Positions 1 to 10,122 are shown, counted from the first letter of the stretch. The stretch: DNA of 64,000 nt from a bacterium (GCA_965205865.1 CBDBHR010000017.1:1-64000), one strand, 5' to 3'. The notes: a model not told the origin generated them from the letters alone. Made by a program: numbers and translations.

Positions 1-22
1 TCGGATCAAGTCCGGGATGACA
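1..22. repeat. Partial REP-like palindromic element (window edge)
   Basis: tcggatcaagtccgggatgaca ends in the GGATGACA tag shared with elements at 6025, 24496, 57464 and 59798; its hairpin core also occurs at 3586-3609. Confidence 0.6.
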
Positions 23-121
23 CAGAAAGGGTTAATTACCTCGTAACTCCTGTACTACTAGGTTGAGGACTGAAATTTAGACTGATACCCTAACAGTCTT
101 CTACCTTCAGCCTAATCCCCT

Positions 122-1078
122 TTATTCATACCGCACCCTCGGGTCCAGATAGGGATAAATCAGGTCGATGAGGAGATTGAGCAGCACCACCCCGGTGGCG
201 AAAAACAGGTTGACTCCGGAGACCATCGGGTAGTCCCGGTTATTGAGGGCACTCAGCAAGAGACGTCCGAGCCCCGGCAGGTTAAAGATGTTCTCCATGA
301 TCACCGCGCCCCCGACCAGGATCGGCAACTGCAGGCCGATCAGGGTGATAACCGGGATGAGGGCATTTTTGAGGGTGTGTCGGATAATCACGCCCCGCTC
401 CCTGAGCCCCTTGGACCAAGCGGTGCGGATATAGTCCTGCCGGAGCACCTCCAGCATCATGGTGCGGGTCATCCGCATGGTAGCGGCCGCTGAGGCCGTT
501 CCCAGAATCACGCTGGGAATGAGGAACATCGCTAAATTCCCCAGCGGGTCTTCTCTGAAAGCAATCAGCTCCAGCGGGGGCGTCCAGCCCCACCAGATTG
601 ACGGGTAGATCATGACCATGATTCCCAGCCAGAAGTTCGGCGTGGCCAGGCCGATAATGGCCAGGGAGCGCCCCAGGTAGTCGGCGGCGGTATCCTGGCG
701 GATCGCCGAGTAGATGCCCACGGGCAGCGCGATCACGAGCCCGATGACGATTGCCATGACCCCGAGTTCAAGGGTGACCGGCAGTCTACCTATGATCTTC
801 TCCGCCACTGCCCCATGGCCCATCAGGGATTCGCCCAGGCTGCCGTGCCGGAAAATCCCTCCTATCCAGCGTGCATACTGCACGTAGACAGGCACGTCTA
901 GTCCCAGCTGACGCTCAAGCGCTTCACGGTCGACATCTGTAGCTTCAAATCCCATCCTGCCCACTATAAAGTCTATCACATCTCCCGGGATGAAGCGCAC
1001 CGAGAGAAAGACCAGGATGCTCAAGATAAACAGGGTGGGGATGATCAGCAATAACCGCCTGATGATATAGGCTCTCAT
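122..1078 (-). CDS. Peptide/nickel ABC transporter permease (DppB/OppB family)
   Basis: N-terminal MRAYIIRRLL; EAA-loop-like QDYIRTAWSKGL; ENIFNLPGLG; C-terminal YLDPRVRYE. Confidence 0.93.
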   Translation of the reverse strand: MRAYIIRRLLLIIPTLFILSILVFLSVRFIPGDVIDFIVGRMGFEATDVDREALERQLGLDVPVYVQYARWIGGIFRHGSLGESLMGHGAVAEKIIGRLPVTLELGVMAIVIGLVIALPVGIYSAIRQDTAADYLGRSLAIIGLATPNFWLGIMVMIYPSIWWGWTPPLELIAFREDPLGNLAMFLIPSVILGTASAAATMRMTRTMMLEVLRQDYIRTAWSKGLRERGVIIRHTLKNALIPVITLIGLQLPILVGGAVIMENIFNLPGLGRLLLSALNNRDYPMVSGVNLFFATGVVLLNLLIDLIYPYLDPRVRYE

Positions 1079-1085
1079 GGAACCC

Positions 1086-2864
1086 TTAATACCCCATTTC
1101 TTTCTTCAGCGCACTATCAATCCAGAGGCGGGCGAAGACTTGAAATTGATCAATCGCAGTCAACCGGGTTTCACCGTTGTAACCTTTGACCCACGGCTGG
1201 ATCGCGTTAAATAATGGATTCGCAGGACCCCATACAAACCAGTGCCTCTCCATCGGGTATATATCTGCCTCTTTAACCAGCCTCTGCTGCTCCTCGATGG
1301 TGGTAGCGGATCCGGCGGCGTCATACAAGGCGTCATAATCCGGGTCTTCTACTGCAGCGGTGTTATAGGGACCGGTAGAGAGAAAGCGGCTTGGCCCAAG
1401 GAGGGGACTGGACGTAGTCCCATAGCCCGCTTCGTGTGAGATCATTTCGAAAGTACGGTCTTTTCTTATCGCGGCAAATGCAGCTATTGGCTGTACCTGA
1501 ATCTCGACATCAACGCCAATCTTCTTCCAGTAGGAAGCGATTAACTCTACATAGTTCAAATCGTACCGTTTGAGGAGGGTATAGGTGGTCTTGAATCCCT
1601 TGGGATAGCTCGCTTCTGCCAGAAGCTTTTTCGCTCCTTCCGGGTCATAGTCAAAGACTTTCTTCAGCTCGGCGGGCCACTCTTCAAAGGGGATGAAATA
1701 CCCAGTGCCACCATCCCCTATCTGCCCGTGAGGTGTGGTATCTCCATGACCCTTGAAGTAGGCATTGTTAATGGTCTCAAGGTCCAGTGCCATCTGCATG
1801 GCCTGGCGCACCCGGATGTCGTCAAAGGGCGGCTTATTCACGTTAAGACCAGTTGAGGTGCCACCCGACACAGTGGCACTCACCCACTGCACGATTTCGG
1901 GGTTGGTCCGCTTGAGGCTCTCTGCCTGGTCAACAGACCTTATTGCCGTGACGTTACCGATGTAATCAACCTTACCCGAGCGCAGTGCCGCCAGATAGGT
2001 TGCCGGTTCCGGTATAAGCGGACCCCTGATCTCGTCAACGTAGGGCAGCCGGTTCTGTGGGTATTTTTCGTCAAAGCCCCAGTAGTCCGGATTCTTGGTA
2101 AAGGTGATAGAGCTGCCTTCGACCAAGTCCGTCAGCATAAAGGGTCCGGTGCCGACCAGGTTCCTCCAGTCGGTCGCGTCGCCGTGTTCCTTGATGACCT
2201 CGGGGGGGTAGATATAAGCAGCATAGTCGTCCAGGATAGCCAGCATCGCACCGAGTTTTGGCGCCTTCAGCTTAAAAACCACCGTCCCTTGGTCAGTGGC
2301 CGTGATCGATTCGAATGGCACATGCACCAGAACCCGAGTATAGGCGGATGGTTCGGCTTCACTGAACTCGGTCCCTGTCAATTTATTTCCCAACAGGCGG
2401 TGATAGTTGAACTCGATATCCTGGGCTGTCAAGGCTCGACCGTTCATGGGGGCTTTCTTGTGCCAGTGCACGCCCTGGCGGACTTTGATGATATAAGTCA
2501 GGGGGTCGGGCTGCGACCAGCTTTCCGCCAGTGCCCCTTCTAAGGCAAATAGAGGCGCGGCGTAACCGATGAAGTTAAATTCGGCCCTATCTATTCCCCA
2601 GTTCGCTTCGGTTGGCTTCTCCAAAACACCTCTGATTCCCCCCACCCATCGCGTAAACATGAGGTCAGGATTCGTACCCTCTTCCTTACGGGGGATGGTC
2701 AATTTCCCGCCATACTCTGGTGCGGTCACCATTTTGCCAGTGCTGGGGTCCGTCACCATCTTTTTATCAGCCGCGACGGCTGCAGGGCTGACCCAGAGGG
2801 CGGCCACCATCAGGATGAATGTTAGTAACAATGATTGCATTTTTCTGGTTTTACTTTTTTCCAT
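1086..2864 (-). CDS. Peptide ABC transporter substrate-binding protein (family 5)
   Basis: Signal peptide after MEKSK with AGGAGG RBS at about 2869-2874; LAESW, GVHWH, GTGPF and PFDDIRVRQA motifs. The ORF is open to an upstream ATG at 2999 that also has an RBS. Confidence 0.9.
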   Translation of the reverse strand: MEKSKTRKMQSLLLTFILMVAALWVSPAAVAADKKMVTDPSTGKMVTAPEYGGKLTIPRKEEGTNPDLMFTRWVGGIRGVLEKPTEANWGIDRAEFNFIGYAAPLFALEGALAESWSQPDPLTYIIKVRQGVHWHKKAPMNGRALTAQDIEFNYHRLLGNKLTGTEFSEAEPSAYTRVLVHVPFESITATDQGTVVFKLKAPKLGAMLAILDDYAAYIYPPEVIKEHGDATDWRNLVGTGPFMLTDLVEGSSITFTKNPDYWGFDEKYPQNRLPYVDEIRGPLIPEPATYLAALRSGKVDYIGNVTAIRSVDQAESLKRTNPEIVQWVSATVSGGTSTGLNVNKPPFDDIRVRQAMQMALDLETINNAYFKGHGDTTPHGQIGDGGTGYFIPFEEWPAELKKVFDYDPEGAKKLLAEASYPKGFKTTYTLLKRYDLNYVELIASYWKKIGVDVEIQVQPIAAFAAIRKDRTFEMISHEAGYGTTSSPLLGPSRFLSTGPYNTAAVEDPDYDALYDAAGSATTIEEQQRLVKEADIYPMERHWFVWGPANPLFNAIQPWVKGYNGETRLTAIDQFQVFARLWIDSALKKEMGY

Positions 2865-3354
2865 GATTCCTCCTACACTTGAGGTGAAATAAGAAGATTC
2901 GCTATACCATCGAGCGAATCGGATTTTCGCAGCAGACCAGATGCCTGCCGGGTTCAGCCCCACGAGAGGGGCAAAAAGTTGCTTGAAATACATATCCATA
3001 AGAACTCCTTATACAAGAGATTGACGTAATTATTCAGGTCTCTGAAAAACCCGTTTAGTTAAATATCATGTAACTATTTAGGTCTCTGAAAAACCCGTTT
3101 AGTTAAATATCGTTAAAAAAGATTCCCGGAGAGGATCGATCGTTTTCAAGTCCTCCCACAATATTGTTCAATCGATCGGAAACCCTCTTCTTTCATGACA
3201 ACAACTTAACGAAGGCTTTACTATAACACAAAATAACACAATGTCAACCCCCTGACATAAAATAAATGCGGGATTCGCAAAAAAAAATAAAAAATCAATA
3301 AATCTGCTCAAATCCGGGGACAGTCAGAAGCCGTTCTGTCTTCGGCATGAGCCA

Positions 3355-3500
3355 AAAAGCGAATGTTCGCTCCACAATCCAGCGTTTTTTCCAACGGTGA
3401 TAATGATCGTAAACGCTTTGCCAGGAAGGTAAATCATGGACAAGCATGCTCCACTGACAACCCGTTTTCACGACATACAAAATCGCATTGACGATGCTAT
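3355..3500 (-). pseudogene. IS5-family transposase remnant nested in the IS66
   Basis: IVNAILYVVKTGCQW...WQSVYDHYHRWKK joined directly to RWIVERTFA; both motifs match the intact IS5 transposase at 60465-61250. Confidence 0.8.
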
Positions 3501-3599
3501 GTTTGCTATGAATACTTTTAGCCACGCAGGGGGCGGAACGTTTAAAAAAAAGGAGAGTTTCAGTAACAAGGAGGAGCATGTATAGCCTGTCCCGGACTT

Positions 3600-4742
3600 G
3601 ATCCGGGGGATGCAAAGCCTGAGTGAGCAACTCGAGGATGGATTTCCCCTGTTTTCTGGTAGTGGAAATGGGCTCGGATACAAAAAGCCTGCGTTCCTTC
3701 AGCAGTTCGCAAGCCGCCTGATATTTTCTGTTTCAATTTGACCATGCGGATATCTCTCTCGGCTTGGTTGTTGTCAAAAGGAACTTGAAAGTCTTGCATG
3801 AATAACAAGCTTTCCTTCATTCCCGCTTTGCCGCGTTTGTCATGGAAAAAATAAAAAGTCATCTGTTCTGTGGAGGCCGAGTGAAGCCAGCGACGTTTTT
3901 TGTTTTCAAACAGAGAGGTTTCATCAAAATGAACGAGCGGGGATTGAATCAAAGCTTGAGCCACTTGTTGTTGCAAGGGATGCAGCAAATGGGCTGCTTG
4001 CCGGAGGCTTTCATGAATCGTGGCTACGCTGGGAGACTGACCGAAAAGATCTTCAAAGCATTGACGGCATCGCTCAAAGGGGAGGAATTGATAGTGGTGC
4101 AGGTAAACGGCTAAGCCTTTGATTCTCGCACCATATTGAGTCGGTGCTGACACCCCTGCCGGAAACGTCGAGTGATTCAGATGCTCGCAGCAGGGACAAA
4201 TTTTTTGTTCCACTTGGTGTTCGGTAACCTCTCATTGCAGAGAGGGGAGATCAAACACCTGACGTTTGAGCGTGGCCTCAACCGTCACCTTGGATAAATC
4301 TTCTCCACAGGCTTCACAGGTGTTGACAAAATGAGGCTCCACATGATCTGGCGATTCACTGAAAGCCACATGATGGCCTTGATGACCGGGTTGACCTCCC
4401 ACGATATTGTTTAATCGATCGTGTGGGAACCCTCCGCGAGAGCGACCCCTGCTTTTACGTAAGCTCTTGCTCTTGCGACTTGCATCGCTGGATGGTGGCT
4501 TGCTCGAGTTTTGGCTGTTGAGAGCCAACTGATCCCGAAGTTGCTTATTTTCTGCTTCTAGAGCTTCAATACGCTTATTTTCTGTCTCGAGAACTTCAAT
4601 ACGTTTGAGGAGTTCTAAGTGCTCTTGCTTCCATTGCTCACGTTCTTTTTCAGAGAGTAGACAGGCTTCTTGAACTTGAAGAGCCTCGAACTGGGGAGTC
4701 GATGAAATGGAAGCAATATATTTTTGAACTTTCGAAAGCATA
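3600..4742 (-). pseudogene. IS66-family transposase pseudogene
   Basis: NSQNSSKPPSSD, GGQPGHQG, CEAC and CPCC zinc motifs, HFDET, VPFDNNQAERDIR. In-frame TGA at 4232-4234 and an apparent internal deletion between KRGKAGM and KESLLFM. Confidence 0.88.
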
Positions 4743-4878
4743 AAATCCTTTCTGAATCTTATGCAATGCAAAATCCGTGATTAAATCGAAGAGGTCTCTA
4801 AAGAAACCTGAATAGTTACATAAAAACAATGATTACCTTGGAAAAGGGAACAAGCGAAAAAAGGATGAATGAGGAAAG

Positions 4879-5562
4879 CTAAGCGTCCCGCTGTTTTCGG
4901 AGCCGCTCCAATTCTTCCTGAAGTTCTTGGATGGTTTGCTCTGCCTGATCGGCACGTTGGGCTTCTTGTTTAGCGCGTTGCTCTGCCTGGTCGGCACGTT
5001 GTGCTTCTTGTTCGGCCGTGGTGAGGATCGGAAAGCCTTCAGCATCGAATAAGCGCAGGGTATTGGGCACTTCCAATCCAACCTGAATTCCCAGGAGGGA
5101 CATTTCCCAATGTCCCTGGGCATTGGATTCGATCAAATGATAACCATCGTCTCTCAGTTCGAAGAAGTGGAGATACATCGCATGGGGATCAAAAATCAAG
5201 TAGTAGGGAACTTTTAAAATGTTGGCATAGATTTGTTTCTTTTTATGATGGTCTTCTCGCTTGGTATTGCTCGAACTGAACTCCATGACCAAATCCAATT
5301 GACTATTCGGTTCCCAGGCGTGATATACCCGTTTTTTTGCTTTGGACTGAGTCTGGCAGAGGAGGGTATCAGGCGAGGTCATCTTGCGGGGATTGCCTTC
5401 TTCATAATAGAGACAAATGTTCCCGGAAACATAAGCTTGCGGAAAAGCATTCTGTAGTAAGTGGACCATCCGCGTTATGAGGTCACGGTGGGTATCAGTT
5501 TCCGCCATCGGTTTTCCATCGGATTCAGGGTAAAAGATCGCTTCTTTTTGAGGGGCTAACAT
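4879..5562 (-). CDS. Uma2-family (DUF820) PD-(D/E)xK-like endonuclease with C-terminal coiled-coil repeats
   Basis: YPESDGKPMAE, SPD, VMEFSS..T...D...K, VPYY..FDP; 14-aa repeat AEQEAQRADQAEQR. Start moved to the ATG at 5562, which has a GGAG RBS. Confidence 0.88.
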   Translation of the reverse strand: MLAPQKEAIFYPESDGKPMAETDTHRDLITRMVHLLQNAFPQAYVSGNICLYYEEGNPRKMTSPDTLLCQTQSKAKKRVYHAWEPNSQLDLVMEFSSSNTKREDHHKKKQIYANILKVPYYLIFDPHAMYLHFFELRDDGYHLIESNAQGHWEMSLLGIQVGLEVPNTLRLFDAEGFPILTTAEQEAQRADQAEQRAKQEAQRADQAEQTIQELQEELERLRKQRDA

Positions 5563-5746
5563 GGGAGATTCTCCGTTTCGGTAGAAGACTAAGGTTTGAG
5601 GATGTCTCTTCCTTATATGCTGTTTTCTGCTGAAATTCAAGAAGAGCTCGTTTATGGCTTTGCAGTGTAGGGTCCTCCTTTTGGCAAGGCCCCCAGCTCT
5701 TGCAAAAACATCTAATCTTTCTGCGGTGATGGGACTTAAATACTGC

Positions 5747-5833
5747 TCAAACGCCATCGACGCTGATCATTTCACTGGTGATAAAGCGCGACTCATCAGA
5801 AGCCAAAAAGAGGACGAGATTGGCCACATCTTG
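5747..5833 (-). pseudogene. C-terminal remnant of a short-chain dehydrogenase/reductase
   Basis: Manual translation QDVANLVLFLASDESRFITSEMISVDGV* resembles the SDR C-terminal consensus; no upstream frame. Confidence 0.7.
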
Positions 5834-5953
5834 ATCAGGATAACCCCAAACCAGATTGGGTTGTAACCCAATGCCACCACGGCAGGCAGGGTCACCGGCA
5901 GGGTGAGACGCGAACTTCACAAAAGCTAAGTTTTTGAATGGGTTACGGGCTAG

Positions 5954-6175
5954 TTAACCTGAGTTCGAGATAAGAATTTAATAAATTCAATATGTTATGG
6001 AATCTTCATATCTTAGAGAAACCTTGTCATTCCTGCGAAAGCAGGAATCCGGAGGTATGCAGCCAGACTGAAATCCGGATCCCCGCTCCCCGCTTTCACG
6101 GGGACAAGTTTCGCGAGGATGACATATACACTAATATACTAATATTATTGAAGATTTATGTCTAACTCAGGTTAA
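5954..6175. mobile_element. MITE-like element carrying REP-like hairpins
   Basis: Terminal inverted repeats ttaacctgagttcgagataa / ttatgtctaactcaggttaa; internal TGTCATTCCTGCGAAAGCAGGAATCC ... GGATGACA. Confidence 0.7.
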
Positions 6176-6248
6176 ATACAAATTAAAAATTAAATATTGT
6201 ACATAATTCAGTCAATAAGAAGGGATTTTAAATATAATTCAACTGATA

Positions 6249-7944
6249 CCTAAATCCTGCAATTAGATGACAATCAAACATGGAAATGGTAATATACTCA
6301 AATAGTTAACACCAGAATCAACATTTTAAGAGATCACCATTACCATGAAAAACAAACGTAGCGCAAGATCGGCAAGAACGACAGCAAAAAACATCCATAT
6401 CAGCCAGGGAGGCAGAGACCTGACCGCGCAAGCAGGCTTGATTCCGGTTGTCAAATTTTTTCACAAAGAAGGGATTGTTTCAAAGACAGAGCAGACCGTA
6501 GATCATCGGCGTGGCGCCACGGGTCTTTATGACGCGGTGGACATGGTCATTTTGTCGGTGGTCGGCATTGTTGGTGGCGCCCGTTCGATTCGTTCGATTG
6601 TGACAGTTTGGAACGACCGTGTTTTGAGTCGTGTGGCCGGTTGGCTGAGGATTCCGGATGAAACCACATTCGGCCGGATACTGCGTACTTTCACACAGAA
6701 AAACATCAATGAGATGGAGAGCTTGAACCATCGGATTCGAGCCGGTATCTGGCGTAAGGCGCTTCGAAGTGGGACAAGCATCGTTGGGGTGTTACACTGT
6801 CTTGTGATTGACGTGGACTCCACTGTGAAAACGGCCTACGGCAAGCAGCAAGGAGTGTCTGTCGGATATAATCCCCACAAACGCGGTGCAGCTTCGTATC
6901 ATCCTCTGCTGGCATTTTGCGCAGAGACAAAGGAGATTCTTCAGGGTTGGCTTCGTGATGGGAGTGCCTATACCAGCAATGGAGTCGTTGAATTCATGCG
7001 GCAACTTCTCGCTCACCTTCCAAATCGGACTCGCACTCTGTTTCGTGGAGACAGTGGTTTTTTTGTGGGGGATTTGCTGGATTTCCTCGAAGAACGAGGC
7101 CATGGCTATCTGATCAAGGTCAAACTCAAGGGGCTTGTCTCGTTGTTGGAAACCCAAAAATGGCAAAAAGTGAAGGGGCAGCCCGCTTGGGAAGGGTGTG
7201 AGTTTTCCCACCAATGTGAAACTTGGAGGAGGTCAAGAAAATTCATGGCCGTACGCAGGGAGAAAGAGGAGGAACTCAAAGGGATGGCCACCCTCTTTGA
7301 GATGAAGGAGTACGATTATTTTTGTTATGTTCTCACTGACGCGCTCACTCCCTGGCAGGCTCACAAAGAGTATGGCCAAAGGGCGGTCGCTGAGACATGG
7401 ATTGAGGAAGCAAAAAATCAAACTGCGCTGGCTCAGATTAAAACCGACGATTTTTGGGCCAACAGTGCCTTGTTCCAATGCGCGATACTCGCTTACAACA
7501 CGCTGCGCTGGATGGCCCTTTGTAGTGGTAACGCAATACTGCGCCGTTGGGAACCGGCCACCATGCGCACCTATCTTGTCCGAATGGCAGGAAAATGGAC
7601 GAGTGGCGCTCGTCAACAAAAACTGAGAGTTCCGGAAAGAACACTTTACAATGCTCAATGGGATGCATGGGTCGCTGTTGGAGAGACCTGGAACCTTTGT
7701 TTCACTCCAGTGGATACATTTTGCTGAGATGTAGATTCCCAAATCCAGGGAGAAGTACGTCTTGAATCTTGTGCCCGCGAAAGCGGGTATCAGATCATCA
7801 CAAAATATGACGATCTAATGGAGGGCGGAAAAACCTTTATGAGCAAGGACTGATGGAAATTCAACTCTCAAATCCTTTTTTTTAAAAAAACCTCTCAAAG
7901 AGTGGGGGGAAACTCAATCAAAATATTCAATTGCAGGATTTAGG
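6249..7944 (+). mobile_element. IS1380-family insertion sequence, copy 1 (1,696 bp)
   Basis: 16-bp TIR cctaaatcctgcaatt / aattgcaggatttagg; 5-bp TSD TGATA at 6244-6248 and 7945-7949. Confidence 0.93.
6345..7727 (+). CDS. IS1380-family DDE transposase
   Basis: IDVDST, GYNP..YHPL, FRGDSGFF, YGQRAVAETWIEEAK, WANSA motifs. Confidence 0.92.
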   Translation: MKNKRSARSARTTAKNIHISQGGRDLTAQAGLIPVVKFFHKEGIVSKTEQTVDHRRGATGLYDAVDMVILSVVGIVGGARSIRSIVTVWNDRVLSRVAGWLRIPDETTFGRILRTFTQKNINEMESLNHRIRAGIWRKALRSGTSIVGVLHCLVIDVDSTVKTAYGKQQGVSVGYNPHKRGAASYHPLLAFCAETKEILQGWLRDGSAYTSNGVVEFMRQLLAHLPNRTRTLFRGDSGFFVGDLLDFLEERGHGYLIKVKLKGLVSLLETQKWQKVKGQPAWEGCEFSHQCETWRRSRKFMAVRREKEEELKGMATLFEMKEYDYFCYVLTDALTPWQAHKEYGQRAVAETWIEEAKNQTALAQIKTDDFWANSALFQCAILAYNTLRWMALCSGNAILRRWEPATMRTYLVRMAGKWTSGARQQKLRVPERTLYNAQWDAWVAVGETWNLCFTPVDTFC

Positions 7945-8085
7945 TGATAGATAAAATGGGGGTGCAGGGGGTTGTTAACCCCTTGCCGGTCGAAAGCAAT
8001 TATAGCGGCTAAGATATTGCCTCAAGGTTTCATTTTGACCTATAGACAGTGATAAACAACCTTTTTGGTTCTGGCTAGGGTTGGG

Positions 8086-8799
8086 TTAGGAAGAATGAGA
8101 ATTGGTCTTCCGTTTGCGCGATATGAAATCGACCACTTTTTTTAGAACGAGCGGTAGAATGCCGAGCAAAGCAAAAGAAATCAATAAACTGGGAGAGGCA
8201 ATGTCTTCCAAGGAATCGAGTTTACCTAATTCTGATCCTGCGTTCACGTATACGACGGTTCCTGCCAACATCCCAATTTGACTGACCCAGGCAAAAGTAA
8301 AAACTCGCATCGGGGTCAAGCCCATGACGAGATTGATCACAAAAAATGGGAAAACCGGTACTAACCTCAAAGCAAACAAATAAAAGGCGCCCTCTTTTTC
8401 AATTTTTTCATTGATGGTTTTGATCTGATCTTTAAATTTTTGTTGGACATAATTTCTCAATAGAGTACGTGCCACCAACATGGCAATGGTCGCCCCAAGG
8501 GTGCTGGCGAATGAGACCACGATTGTTCCCTCAATCACGCCAAAAAAGGTTCCTGCCGCAACTGTCAGAATCGTGGCGCCAGGTAGGGAAAGGATTGCCA
8601 TAGTGATGTAAATCACCATGTAAATACCTACTGTGAGAAAGGGATGCCGGGCATTATAAGTGGCGAATTCGGCCTTGAAATCACGCAAGTATTCCAAGGT
8701 CAAATAATGGTGAATGTCAAAGAGGAAAAATAAAATGATGCTGATCAGAATGATCAGGATAATAAGAATTTTACCGGCATGCTGTTTGAGAAAATCCAT
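8086..8799 (-). CDS. TVP38/TMEM64 (DedA superfamily) membrane protein
   Basis: SLPGATILT..G, LRLVPVFPFFVIN and GMLAGT.VYVNAG motifs; hydrophobic. Confidence 0.88.
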   Translation of the reverse strand: MDFLKQHAGKILIILIILISIILFFLFDIHHYLTLEYLRDFKAEFATYNARHPFLTVGIYMVIYITMAILSLPGATILTVAAGTFFGVIEGTIVVSFASTLGATIAMLVARTLLRNYVQQKFKDQIKTINEKIEKEGAFYLFALRLVPVFPFFVINLVMGLTPMRVFTFAWVSQIGMLAGTVVYVNAGSELGKLDSLEDIASPSLLISFALLGILPLVLKKVVDFISRKRKTNSHSS

Positions 8800-8862
8800 A
8801 TATTGTGAGATGAGGAATGCATAAAATTTAGCTTTACTTGCATTGAAATAGAGTCACGCTTC

Positions 8863-9858
8863 CTAGGACAACACGCCGCCACAACTACTTCCAGCCCCGG
8901 CCGCGCATCCAAAACAATGAGCGCCGGTTGCGATAAATTTTTCTTGATAATGATCAATGCTATCAATATTCCAGATAGTCGTCTGCGTGCCAGGAACTTT
9001 CATTTCAAGCATCTGATTGAAATCACAATCATACAAATTGCCTTGCCATCCTACAGAAATGAGACTGCGACACATCAAATTTTCCAAGTTCGTCGGATTG
9101 AATGCCTCTATCAATAAATTCATGTAGGTTTCCAATTGCGATGAACGCTCCAATTGGTCTGCGAAACGGCTGATTGGCATATTGACAATTGTGAACAAAT
9201 TGTTGAATTCGATATTAAAGTGAGTTTTCAATTGTTTTTTGTAATCGGCTTCCAAGGTCGCTTGTGGAGGGGGCAGCGTGTTGCCTACAGGATTGTATAC
9301 TAAATTCAGTACCAAACTGTTTCCGGATTTACCGTATCCTAGTTGATTCAATCTCCGGAGGGCAGTAATACTTTTTTTGAAAACCCCACGCCCTCTTTGG
9401 GAATCCACATTTTTTGATGAATAACAAGGCAATGACGCAACAATTTCGACTTCGTTGTCTGCTAAAAATTCGGCCAGGGTTTGCTGTCCTTCTTCCAGCA
9501 ATATCGTCAGATTGCATCGATCCATGACGTGACATTTCAATCGTTTGGCTTCTTCCACCAAATGTCGGAAATGTGGATTCAATTCAGGGGCTCCTCCCGT
9601 AATATCGACAACACTTACGGAGGGAGAGTTTTCTAGAAGGGTAATGATCCTGTCCACAGTATTGAGCGTCATTTGTTCGGTACGTTTGGGACTTGCATCG
9701 ACATGACAATGGTGACATGCTTGATTGCACTTTTTTCCCACATTGATCTGCAAAGTCATAGGGTTGTCCCGAATGAGGGACAATCCGTAATGTTGCAAGT
9801 GCTTGTTGAAGTTGAACTTCTTCAACATTTCGATATGGAGGGGCATGTAATTTTTCAT
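8863..9858 (-). CDS. arsS: ArsS-family (DUF3641) radical SAM protein
   Basis: LQINVGKKCNQACHHCHVDA (CxxxCxxC), DITGGAPE, ASLPCY, YDCDFNQ and C-terminal HCFGCAAGAGSSCGG. Confidence 0.85.
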   Translation of the reverse strand: MKNYMPLHIEMLKKFNFNKHLQHYGLSLIRDNPMTLQINVGKKCNQACHHCHVDASPKRTEQMTLNTVDRIITLLENSPSVSVVDITGGAPELNPHFRHLVEEAKRLKCHVMDRCNLTILLEEGQQTLAEFLADNEVEIVASLPCYSSKNVDSQRGRGVFKKSITALRRLNQLGYGKSGNSLVLNLVYNPVGNTLPPPQATLEADYKKQLKTHFNIEFNNLFTIVNMPISRFADQLERSSQLETYMNLLIEAFNPTNLENLMCRSLISVGWQGNLYDCDFNQMLEMKVPGTQTTIWNIDSIDHYQEKFIATGAHCFGCAAGAGSSCGGVLS

Positions 9859-10122
9859 AATTATTTTCTCTTATTGAATAGAGCTGGAAAAGTGGTTCAC
9901 TGCTTTATTGTATCCCATTTTTTCAAACTATTACAACCAATGCCTCAAATAGCTTCCTTCGCTTGTAAATTCCGATGAGAATAAATCTTAAGACAAATGA
10001 TCTCGGATCAACTGAATAAACTTGGTTTTAGATTTTTTCCCAAGCCGTTGATTGCTAAAGAACAAACACTCGTCCAAGTTTGAAAATCTTGGTATTTCAT
10101 CTTTTCCAGGAAGTATACAATC

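Larger units (their letters stand above)
3026..4819 (-). mobile_element. Degenerate IS66-family element (single-ORF type) with duplicated left end
   Basis: GTAA-type termini: gtaattattcagg (3026), gtaactatttagg (3070) and cctgaatagttac (ends 4819); no matching TSD seen. Confidence 0.85.

Noticed and set aside
5563-5757. N-terminal extension of the Uma2 ORF
   Set aside because: The family-typical start with RBS is at 5562, and the extension overlaps an SDR remnant.
7956-7990. GC-rich hairpin ggggtgcaggggg...cccccttgcc after IS1380 copy 1
   Set aside because: Single occurrence; could be a terminator or an IS-end remnant and is not assignable.
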